Assembly: GCA_051294375.1 (NCBI GenBank)
Contig: CM119264.1
Span: 30,529,047 to 30,593,046 of the forward strand
DNA: 64,000 nucleotides
Reading direction: 5' to 3'
Origin: Paraspadella gotoi
Taxonomy: Eukaryota; Animalia; Chaetognatha
Shown here: positions 53,401-64,000 of the stretch, piece by piece
Layout: each line of letters starts with the position of its first letter
Numbering within the stretch: position 1 is the first letter of the stretch
The notes under the pieces: generated by a model
Database searches by the model: none
Told to the model about the DNA's origin: nothing
The model's input: the letters and a program-made list of their open reading frames with translations, nothing else
Made by a program: the position numbers and the translations under genes

Positions 53401-54192
53401 AAAATGGTGAGTTACATACCACAGGAAGGGAATCAAAGCTGAGATTATTTCCCTACAATCGATCCCGCGAAACGACCATTGCACGAGTCCCATGGCGGAA
53501 AAGATTGGACCGGTACCGAACGGTGGGTCTCTTACGCGTGCCATTGTGGTACAAAAGGCTCGGTGTGGCCACGGACAACCAAGAGTTTACGGGCTTCCTC
53601 GCCGCGAATCTCGAGTAATACCATGGCCGCTAGGGGTTGCGGTCATCAATCTCGTATAAGTAGCGCTCTGTACTCTCTGCTTTCTTTCTTTCTCTCTATA
53701 TTCCTGTCTTCTCTCTCGCCATCTCCTCTCGTTATCCCGACTTTTTTCTTCCGCGCTAAGGTGAGCGGAGTATCAACCTTTTAAATAGTCTCATTATTTC
53801 ATCTCTCTCCCAGACTATCTATTTTCTACACTTATTCTTTCGTCTCTTATCATCTCTTACTAATTCTATATCCCTCTCTGACTCACCTTATTTTTTCATC
53901 TCAATCTATTCTTCTCTCTCTCTCATCTCTTCGTCTCTCCTCTCCTCTCTCACTATCATGTCTCTCTCTAATTCAACAACTAGATTTAAAGAAGCTTTCG
54001 TCTCCTTCCCGCTAGTATTTAGGTGTGCGGGAGTACTCCAACCTTTAGTCTCATCTCAACACTTCTTTCTTTCCTCTCTCCCATCTCTCTCTCATCTCTT
54101 CTCTCTTCTCTCGTCTCTCTCTCATCTCTCTCTCTTCTCTAATCCCCGACTTTTTCCGCTTTCCGCCTAGGTTGCGGTATCACCTTTAGTCT
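50485..54192. repeat. Minisatellite array: about 48-bp core ATCCGACTTTTTCCTTCCGCTAGGTTGCGGTATCAACCTTTAGTC separated by variable CT tracts
   Basis: About 10 noisy copies near 50492, 50592, 50710, 50878, 51001, 51150, 51303/53627 (split), 53733, 54000 and 54142. Two clean reverse copies lie at about 56702 and 56825. Confidence 0.85.
51330..53626. mobile_element. Non-autonomous hAT-like DNA transposon inserted into one minisatellite unit
   Basis: Flanked by the direct repeat CCGCTAGG (51322-51329 and 53627-53634). Imperfect TIRs GAGGCATATACTTGAAGTTCGCGG / CCGCGAATCTCGAGTAATACCATG, GC-rich subtermini and an AT-rich interior; no transposase recognised. Confidence 0.65.
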
Positions 54193-54366
54193 CGGACTAA
54201 AAACATTCTTATTTTGTTTCTCAATTTGTTGACTCCGAAGTTTTAGTGTCGCATTTGATTTTATTGTTGTCCCCACCTGCTTCGACCTGCTCGGTGCCAT
54301 AATCCGAGAAGGAAAAACTCTTGTCTCTACCGTTCTCTCTCCTTCTCTCTCTCTCTTCTCTCTCTG

Positions 54367-54397
<31 letters not shown>

Positions 54398-54828
54398 CTT
54401 CTCTCTCTTCTCGGCATTTTAACTTTCTTTCCCTTTCCCTCTTTTTATGTTTCCGCTTTCTTCAGAACTCGTGCGTTCTGTTTTTTATAATTCCTTTCCT
54501 TTCCTTTCCTCTCTTTTCCTTTCCTCTCCTTTCCTTTCCTCCCTCTCTCTCCTTTCCTCCTTTCTCTCAATGTTTATGGAGTGATTTCAGGTTGCAGTCC
54601 TCTTTTATTTCGGTCTGGGAAAGAAACCCTACTTTGACATTTACAACGCGTTTTAAAACTCGTCCTACGCGTATCTTTTTTAAATGGCCTGTTAAGCTCT
54701 CGTTTGCGGACGACTAACGGACTGTTACCCCCCGGGCTCCGCAAAAATATTTAAGTTGTTAAAATCTAACAAGTCAAAAAAATTCGGCTTTCGTTTTGGC
54801 CAGAGGAGGGGGTGGGAGGTAGGGGGCG

Positions 54829-54871
<43 letters not shown>

Positions 54872-55708
54872 AGAGAGAAGAGAGAGCAGAGAGAGAGCAA
54901 AGAAAAAAATAATAAAGCGAACATATTTTTTAAGCCGAAAAACCCGAAACTATTTGCTTTTATGTTATTGATTTTTTTATGGGCGGGAAAATATTTTGCC
55001 ACAAAAAAAAGAGTTTTTATTTTTTATGATCTTGGCCTGGAAGTCGAAAGAAAAGGAAAAATAAAGAAAAGAAAAGTTATTCTTTAACGATTTTATTTCT
55101 TCCGCAATTCGAACAAGGAGTAATACGAAACCCGCGGTCCCGGGCAAGCCAAGGGCTTCAACGCACGGTTCACACCGCACCCTGGCTTTCAGCAGGCACG
55201 GCTCCACCCACGCGTCTTCCACCCACGGCTACCACCAAATGCTGAACACTTTGTCCTCCTTAACCCTACTTACCAACATTTGAGCATCATCCTTACCCCG
55301 GCCCCCCTTACTCGTCCACGTCTCCTCTCTCTTTCCCTTCGGCTTCGGACCGAAAAAAACTAAGAACCGTGCGAAATCCATAAAAATGTCGTAACTATCT
55401 TTGATCGAGATCTCCTCTTAAAACCTCTCTCTCTTCCGTCTCTCTCCGTCTCTCATCGTTTTCTCTCTCTTCTCCTCCTCTCTCTCTCTCTCTCTCTTCC
55501 TCTCTCTCTCTCTCTCTCTCTTCAGAAAGCAAAGCTAAACAACGGCGGAAAAAGGCGCTCGTTAAAGCAAAACAAACTGGAGAGGCGCGTAAAAATTTAA
55601 TAAACATTAAATATTTTTATCAAAAAGTGGGGATTTTGAATCTTTTAGCTTTTTCGGTGTACCTAAAATAAATGTTTTCAACGAAAAGTGGAGAGAGAGA
55701 GGAGAGAT

Positions 55709-55776
<68 letters not shown>

Positions 55777-56088
55777 AGAGAGAGAGGAGAGAGAGAGAGA
55801 GAGAGAACGGTCACGACATANNNNNNNNNNNNNNNNNNNNNNNNNCCGTGGGTGAAGCCGTGGTTGCCCGGACCGCGGTTTCGTATTACTTGTTCGAATT
55901 GCGGAAGAAATAAAATCGTTAAAAGAATAACTTTTCTTTTCCTTTTTTTTCCTTTTCTTTTCGACTTTCGGGCCAAATCATAAAAAATAAAAATCTTTTT
56001 TTTTTTGGCAAAAATATTTCCCGCCAAAAAAAAATAACATAAAAGTTTCGGGTTTTTCGGCTTAAAAAATGTTCGCTTTATATTTTTT

Positions 56089-56170
<82 letters not shown>

Positions 56171-56540
56171 CCCCTACCCCACCCCCCTTCTGGCCAAAAC
56201 GAAGGCCGAATTTTTTGACTTTAGATTTTAACAACAAATATTTTTTTTTTGCGGAGCCCGGGGTACAGTCGTAGTCGTCCGAAACGAGAGTACAGGCCAT
56301 TTAAAAAGACGCGTAGGACGAGTTTAAAACGCGTGTAAATGTCAAAGTGTTTCTTTCCCAGACGAAATAAAGAGACTGCAATGAAATCACTCCACAACAT
56401 TGAGAGAAAGGAGAAAGGGAGAGAGAGGGAGGAAAGGAAAGGAGAGGAAAGGAAAAGAGAGGAAAGGAAAGGAAAGGAATAAAAAACAGAACGCACGAGT
56501 CGAAAAAGCGAACATAAAAAAAGGAAAGGGAAAAAAGTAA

Positions 56541-56593
<53 letters not shown>

Positions 56594-56743
56594 CAGAGTT
56601 TTCCTCTCGGTTTGGCACGCAGGTGGGAAACAATAAAATCAAATGCGACACTAAAACTCGGAGTCAACAAATTGAGAAACAAATAAAATGTTTTTAGTCC
56701 GAGACTAAAGGTTGATACCGCAACCTAGCGGAAGGAAAAAGTC

Positions 56744-56806
<63 letters not shown>

Positions 56807-56893
56807 AAGAAAGAGAGAGAGAGAGACTAAAGGTGGATACCCCAACCTAGCGGAAGGAAAAAGTAGGATAGAGAGGGAGATATAGAGAGAGAA

Positions 56894-56934
<41 letters not shown>

Positions 56935-57335
56935 AGGAGAAAAAGAGAGAGAGAGTGAGAAAGAAACAGAATTAGAGAGAGAGAAGGAGAAAAAAAAGAG
57001 AGAGAGAGAGAGGGAGGAAGAAAGAGAAATAGAGAGAGAGAAGGAGAAAAAGAGAGAGAGAGAGAAAGAGAGAAAGAGAGAAAAAGGGAGAGAAATAGAG
57101 GAGAAAGAGTGAAGGAGAGAGAGAAAAATGGCGAGAAAGAGAGAGAGAGTGAGAAAGAGGAGAAAGAGATAAGGAGAGAGAGAAAAAGGGAGAGAAAGAG
57201 AGGCGGGGGAGGAAAGAGAAAGATAGCGAGAACTTAAGACACAAACAGACAGAATTCCAACTTTTTTTTACCTGAGAACCGATGAATTTTTTTTCTTTTC
57301 TGTCGCTTCGAATTGAGTCTGACAACATAATTTGG

Positions 57336-57425
57336 GATGCGGCCAATCTAAAGCAGACAGCATATGGGCCGGCCAGTCTAAAGCAGACAGCATAAGATGC
57401 GGCCAATTTAAAGCAAACTGCATAA
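57336..57425. repeat. 30-bp tandem repeat x3 (GATGCGGCCAATCTAAAGCAGACAGCATAA)
   Basis: Seen directly; noisy mirror at about 49810-49910. Confidence 0.85.
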
Positions 57426-58569
57426 TATACTTGTAAAAGTTAGAGGCCTGTTGTAGAACGCTGAGAATACCCTAATTGAAAATGGTTGGTATTGATTGTA
57501 AAAAATGAAATTAAAAAATAAAAAGAACAACCACATGAACACGAATACAAAACAAAATAAAAATAAAACAACTAAAAAAGAAAATAAACAAACAAAAACT
57601 GTTTTATTGTATNNNNNNNNNNNNNNNNNNNNNNNNNNNNNNNNNNNNNNNNNNNNNNNNNNNNNNNNNNNNNNNNNNNNNNNNNNNNNNNNNNNNNNNN
57701 NNNNNNNNNNNNNNNNNNNNNNNNNNNNNNNNNNNNNNNNNNNNNNNNNNNNNNNNNNNNNNNNNNNNNNNNNNNNNNNNNNNNNNNNNNNNNNNNNNNN
57801 NNNNNNNNNNNNNNNNNNNNNNNNNNNNNNNNNNNNNNNNNNNNNNNNNNNNNNNNNNNNNNNNNNNNNNNNNNNNNNNNNNNNNNNNNNNNNNNNNNNN
57901 NNNNNNNNNNNNNNNNNNNNNNNNNNNNNNNNNNNNNNNNNNNNNNNNNNNNNNNNNNNNNNNNNNNNNNNNNNNNNNNNNNNNNNNNNNNNNNNNNNNN
58001 NNNNNNNNNNNNNNNNNNNNNNNNNNNNNNNNNNNNNNNNNNNNNNNNNNNNNNNNNNNNNNNNNNNNNNNNNNNNNNNNNNNNNNNNNNNNNNNNNNNN
58101 NNNNNNNNNNNNNNNNNNNNNNNNNNNNNNNNNNNNNNNNNNNNNNNNNNNNNNNNNNNNNNNNNNNNNNNNNNNNNNNNNNNNNNNNNAAAAAAGAAAA
58201 TAAACAAACAAAAACTGTTTTATTGTATGGAAACAAATGAAACTATGCGTCCATTTGAAATTCATTAATAATTCAATTACGTTTGGATTCCGTTCGTTGA
58301 CAAACGTCATCGGCTATTTCGTGACAAGAGAACGTGTCAGGGGAGCAAGAGTGTCAGGAACGTGGCAATTCATTATCTTCTCGATCGTGATGCGTGTCGG
58401 ATGTCATGTCATGTCATCAATATCGTCATATTTTCTCTTTTCTCAAAATTCCTTACCTGACATCCCAAACAATTCCAACTTAACCTCACCTTTTCCTCAT
58501 CCAAAACTTTTCTTTCTCTAGATTCGCGTTTTATTCATCTTTTATTCTCTAGTTTTTTTTTCTCTTCTT

Positions 58570-58624
<55 letters not shown>

Positions 58625-58994
58625 TTCCTTAACCAAACCATGACACCCACATTCTGGCTGAGATAACAAATGTTATCCATAGGATTCTCTCTCTCTCTGT
58701 TTCTCTCTCTGACTCTCTCTCTGTTTTTTTTCTCTTTCTCTCTTTTTCCTGCAACTTTATGTGTTCAGAATAGGATTGAGGAGGAGTAGGATCCGGGCTG
58801 GGATCTGAGTAGAGGTAGCGAGGCATAAGCAAATAGGGACGTTTTTGGGAGGGAGGGGCAACTGGATTAGGATTAGAAGAGAAGAGAGATGGACAAGGAG
58901 AAGAGAAGAGGAAGACTGAGAGAAGAGAGGAGAAGAGAGAGAGAGAGGAGAGAGGAGAAGAGAGAGAGAGAGAGAGAAGGAGGAGAGAGAGAGA

Positions 58995-59878
58995 GAATTA
59001 GGAGTTGAGAAGGGGACGCTGCTTTTCGACCTGTAAGAAATGCATTAGAAGATAGGATCCATGGAGGCAGCCGTTTTTTGAGACGGCAAGGGATTAGATG
59101 AGAGAATAGAGAGAGAGACAGGGAGAAGAGAGAGAAAGAACTGAGAGAAGAGAGAGAGGAGAGAGAGAGAGAGAGAGCAGAGAGAGAGAAAGAGGAAGAA
59201 AGAGAGAGAAATTAGGAGTTAGAAGGCGCCTGAATTTCTATTTAAAATATGAGAGGATTAGATCCATGGAGGTCACTTTGAGACGGCAAAGGATTGATAA
59301 GAAGAAGAAGAGACGACAGGAGAGAGAAAGAGAGAAAGACTGAGAGAGAGAGAGAGAGAGGAGAGAGAGACGAGAGAAGAGAGAGAGAGAAGAAGAGAGA
59401 GACAGAGAGAGAGAGAAATTAGGAGTTGAGAAGGCGCGGCTGCTATTTAAAATGATTGAGGAGGGGATTAGATCCATGGAGGCCAGACGATTTTTGAGAC
59501 GCGTAACGGCAAAAGGATTAGATGACGAGAGAGGAGAAGAGAGCAGAGAGAGAGAAAGGAGAAGACTGAGAGAGGAGAGAGAGAGAGAGGAGAGAGAGAG
59601 AGAGGGAGGTAAAAGACCTTGAAAATGAAAACGCGTGCCGGGGACGTGAGAGATAGGAATAGAGAGAATTAGGGGAGTGTTCAGAACGGTTGAACAGTCT
59701 CAAGAGGTAAGTGCGAAATCCAGGAAAGCGATAAAGAAAGAGAAAAAGGGAGAAAAAGGGAGAGAAGAGAGAGAGAGAGAAGAAGAGCAGAGAAGAGATG
59801 AGAGAGAGAGAGAGGAGAGAGAGAAGAAATCAAGATAAATATCGTAGTCAGGAGCTGAGGCGCGCGCAAGCAGAACCT
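58995..59878. repeat. About 210-bp tandem repeat x3 (AATTAGGAGTTGAGAAGG..GATCCATGGAGG..GAGACGGCAAAGGATTAGATG plus GA tract), locally inverted within the right arm
   Basis: Copies at about 58996, 59208 and 59416. 59416-59878 is a direct copy of 48430-48955, whereas 59920-60020 is the reverse copy. Confidence 0.8.
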
Positions 59879-60018
59879 NNNNNNNNNNNNNNNNNNNNNN
59901 NNNTGTCTCTCTCTCTCTCTCTCATCTAATCCTTTGCCGTCTCAAAAAACGTGCCTCCATGGATCCTAATCCCTCTCATCATTTTAAATAGAAAGCAGCG
60001 CCTTCTCAACTCCTAATT

Positions 60019-60198
<180 letters not shown>

Positions 60199-60534
60199 GT
60201 GGCTCAAAAACTCAAAAACTCAAAAACTCAAAAAATTAAACATTTATTAATTCATAAATCTGAAAAGAAAAATTGAAGTAAAAAAGTATAAAAATATTTA
60301 GTTATATAATATTCAATTTTTTTGCTAATCTTTTACCAAGTTTTTTTTTAGAACCAAACTTATCCTTCAAAATTTCCTCACCCCTCCTTCTCCTCTTCCT
60401 CCTCCTCTTCCTCCTCCTCCTTGCCTCACCTCTTCCCCAGCCCGGGACTCACCCTTCCCAACCCGAACTCAAAAGCAACTGACGCAAGTTGAAAGCTAAG
60501 GCGGCGGAAAAAGACGCATATGGAGACCCGGACT

Positions 60535-60650
60535 GAGGGACAGAGAGACGAAGAGAGAGAGGGACAGAGAGACGAAGAGAGAGAGGGACAGAGAGACAAA
60601 GAGAGAGAGGGACAGAGAGACGAAGAGAGAGAGGGACAGAGAGAGGGACA
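60535..60650. repeat. 22-bp tandem repeat (GAGGGACAGAGAGACGAAGAGA-like) x4-5
   Basis: Seen directly. Confidence 0.85.
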
Positions 60651-61217
60651 AGGGGGCTCAGACGGACTCTGTTGACGCGAAACCGAAATGAGAACAAATT
60701 GAAACCAGTCGGGGTTTTAAAGAAGCCGAGGAATTACTTTGTATTAAACGAGTAATATAACAGAGCATCGTTGTTTAGAATTGTCATTTCGACGAGACAA
60801 AATATTAAGAATTAACAAATTGAATCATTAATAAATAAGAATTAATTTAATTCTTAAATATTTTTCTGATGGTAAGAAGGTCAGGACGTAAAAAGAAAGA
60901 TAAAAAATAAAATAAGAAAAAATATTTAAGCTTTCTACTTTCTACTTTTTGAGGCTCGTCTTTCAAATATAAAGAATTATAAATCATAATATAAGGGAGA
61001 AGTTCTCTTATATATTTGAAAAATTATAGTATATATTCTATTATACTATTTTATTGATAGGGAAGCCAAGTATCCTGGGAGTTAATAAACTCGACTGTGA
61101 GTCTTGATTGAAACTGCCTATTTTTTTATTAATTGTACCAATTTTATTAAACTTTACGCAAATATATATTAAATTATAATAAACAATTAATAATATATTA
61201 AATAAATTCGAACTCAC

Positions 61218-61804
61218 TGTTGAAAGTAGGCGAAATCTCCTTTCCTTCTCTTCCTTCGCCCCGCAAGTCGCGATCCGCCCTCGTCCCCTTTATCCGTCTG
61301 CTCTTCCGGCAACTTTGTCGGCGCCGGATCCGGGTCTGCGACCGGCGCCGCCGCGCTCCCTTCTTGACGCCGCCAAAGTTCATCGTCCCTTTCGTCGCCG
61401 AGATGACGTAGATCCGAGGGAGCGGGCGACGCCACCGCCCCCTCTCTCAGCTGCGAGCGGCGCGTGACGCCGCCTCGATTTTCCGCCGCAGCCGCGTTTA
61501 AAACGCCCGCTTCCGGCGGCGAACCGGCGGCGGCGGCGAAGGAGAAAGGCGGACCGGCTGCTGCTGCTGCGGCGGCGGGATTGGAGACGGATTTCTCTCC
61601 CGATCCTCCGACAGTCACGAAGCCTTGAAATGGGTTCAAAGCGACGAGGAAGCAGGTCAGCGTCACTTGATGGAGGAAGAGGGAGAAGGGGAGGAAGAGG
61701 AAGCGGGGGAGGGGGAGGGAGAGGGGAGGGAGGGAGAAGATGGGAGAGGGAGAGGGAGAGGAGAGAGAAGGGAAAGAGAGAGGCGAAACGAAATCCGGTA
61801 ACAT
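61218..61804 (-). CDS. Probable first coding exon of the Ig-superfamily gene (hydrophobic signal/anchor segment, Ala/Pro-rich prodomain, RRKRR site)
   Basis: ATG at 61804 opens a GC-rich frame that ends at a strong donor CA|GTGAGT in phase 2 (587 nt). This matches the phase-2 acceptor at 39674, giving ..RRKRRKGDFAYFQQGDVLESF.. The linkage is inferred from phase only. Confidence 0.6.
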
Positions 61805-63809
61805 GACGGAAAAAGGACGATACGTTGTCGTCGTTGTTATCTTCGTCGTCGTCTTCTTCGTTTTCGCCGTTGTCTTCTTCGCCGTTGTCTTCGTCGTTGT
61901 TGTTGTCTTCGTCGTAGATCCCTCTTTTTATCAAATCCCAAATTCCAATTCGTCTTTTGTCATCGTTTTACGAATTCAATTTTCTTTCTTTTTTTAGTCG
62001 TCAACTTTTTTTCTTTCTTNNNNNNNNNNNNNNNNNNNNNNNNNNNNNNNNNNNNNNNNNNNNNNNNNNNNNNNNNNNNNNNNNNNNNNNNNNNNNNNNN
62101 NNNNNNNNNNNNNNNNNNNNNNNNNNNNNNNNNNNNNNNNNNNNNNNNNNNNNNNNNNNNNNNNNNNNNNNNNNNNNNNNNNNNNNNNNNNNNNNNNNNN
62201 NNNNNNNNNNNNNNNNNNNNNNNNNNNNNNNNNNNNNNNNNNNNNNNNNNNNNNNNNNNNNNNNNNNNNNNNNNNNNNNNNNNNNNNNNNNNNNNNNNNN
62301 NNNNNNAGGAATTATTATTGTTTTTTCTTACAACGAAAATAAATCAAATAATTTAAAATTGATGTCATAACGTCTGCCGTTACGGCAATATCATTGTTAA
62401 TGTTTTGTTTTATTGTTTAATATTGTTNNNNNNNNNNNNNNNNNNNNNNNNNNNNNNNNNNNNNNNNNNNNNNNNNNNNNNNNNNNNNNNNNNNNNNNNN
62501 NNNNNNNNNNNNNNNNNNNNNNNNNNNNNNNNNNNNNNNNNNNNNNNNNNNNNNNNNNNNNNNNNNNNNNNNNNNNNNNNNNNNNNNNNNNNNNNNNNNN
62601 NNNNNNNNNNNNNNNNNNNNNNNNNNNNNNNNNNNNNNNNNNNNNNNNNNNNNNNNNNNNNNNNNNNNNNNNNNNNNNNNNNNNNNNNNNNNNNNNNNNN
62701 NNNNNNNNNNNNNNNNNNNNNNNNNNNNNNNNNNNNNNNNNNNNNNNNNNNNNNNNNNNNNNNNNNNNNNNNNNNNNNNNNNNNNNNNNNNNNNNNNNNN
62801 NNNNNNNNNNNNNNNNNNNNNNNNNNNNNNNNNNNNNNNNNNNNNNNNNNNNNNNNNNNNNNNNNNNNNNNNNNNNNNNNNNNNNNNNNNNNNNNNNNNN
62901 NNNNNNNNNNNNNNNNNNNNNNNNNNNNNNNNNNNNNNNNNNNNNNNNNNNNNNNNNNNNNNNNNNNNNNNNNNNNNNNNNNNNNNNNNNNNNNNNNNNN
63001 NNNNNNNNNNNNNNNNNNNNNNNNNNNNNNNNNNNNNNNNNNNNNNNNNNNNNNNNNNNNNNNNNNNNNNNNNNNNNNNNNNNNNNNNNNNNNNNNNNNN
63101 NNNNNNNNNNNNNNNNNNNNNNNNNNNNNNNNNNNNNNNNNNNNNNNNNNNNNNNNNNNNNNNNNNNNNNNNNNNNNNNNNNNNNNNNNNNNNNNNNNNN
63201 NNNNNNNNNNNNNNNNNNNNNNNNNNNNNNNNNNNNNNNNNNCTTCTCTTCTCTTCTTCCTCGAGGTGAGTTCAAAATGTCGACGGGTGGAGATTGGAGT
63301 GAGTCTCTCTTTCCACTCTGACTCCTCTCGGTCCTCCTGATCGACCTCGTGGGGTAAGGTTATCCTAATCACGCTGGGTTGGGTCTTGGGTGGCCCGTCG
63401 GCCCGGGGCGTCTCTCTCNNNNNNNNNNTCTCTCTCATATTTTCTCACTGTTCACATCATCACAGATGAATGAAACCCGGAAACAGAGGAAAGGATTAAG
63501 GAAGAGGATTCCGGAAGAGGAAGAAGATTCTGGAATGATTTCGAACGGGATTTTGGAAGCCAAATCCAGAAAAGGAACAATAGTTTCCGGAAGAGGAAAA
63601 GAGGAAGGTGGTAGGAAAGTGATAATCAATAACACGCTTTTTGTGTAGATGTTTTATACGGCATGTTTTTAAAATTATAAGATTGTTTTAGTACAAAATT
63701 CAAGGATTAGTGATGTTTATTGCACATATATTTTACTCTTGTAAATATAGATACATGATTATACGGAAATGAACCGCATAAAAAAATCATAGCGGCGCAA
63801 CAATTTGAA

Positions 63810-63900
63810 CTAGTTTCTCTTACTCGCGGAGCAATTCTGTAAGTCACTTTTTGGTCGGTCTGTCCATCGGACTGTCCCACTTACGTTAAAATTGCTCATA
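63810..63900 (+). mobile_element. HINE/Helentron-like short repeat copy
   Basis: TACTCGCGGAGCAATTCTGTAAGTCACTTTTTGGTCGGTCTGTCCATCGGACTGTCCCACTTACGTTAAAATTGCTCA is similar to 28850-28940. Confidence 0.55.
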
Positions 63901-64000
63901 GCTCCCCTAGGAAAAAAAACCTCAAATCTAAGTGACTACCAGCGCCGCCTTCAGGAAATCACAAAACTATAAAGAATAAAAGACAGAATTCCGATGCAGT

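Noticed and set aside
50485-54192. CRISPR-like appearance of the repeat array
   Set aside because: The spacers are low-complexity CT tracts of irregular length, there are no cas genes, and the context is eukaryotic.

Overview
Eukaryotic (apparently invertebrate metazoan) draft-assembly window, rich in (GA)n/(CT)n microsatellites and N gaps. Almost all listed ORFs are low-complexity noise. One real host gene can be rebuilt on the minus strand from phase-compatible GT-AG exons (61804-61218, 39674-38455 broken by an assembly insert, 36019-35912, 27659-27530). It encodes an immunoglobulin-superfamily precursor: hydrophobic N-terminus, RRKRR furin-like site, a V-type Ig domain and a C2-type Ig domain. 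Mobile DNA includes a 5'-truncated LINE inserted in a (CT)n tract, a MITE, an LTR followed by a near full-length antisense tRNA-Lys(CUU) copy, a gag-only BEL/Pao-like LTR element, a hAT-like insertion with an 8-bp TSD, and HINE/Helentron-like short repeats. Two large inverted duplications (about 1-16550 and 47870-60600) have indel-rich arms, and exactly 25-N gaps occur nearby, so they are most likely long-read gap-filling or fold-back artefacts. I found no prokaryotic-type system such as CRISPR or an operon. The most novel-looking item is the LTR/tRNA-copy arrangement at about 40.5 kb. All alignments and translations were done by eye, so boundaries are approximate.
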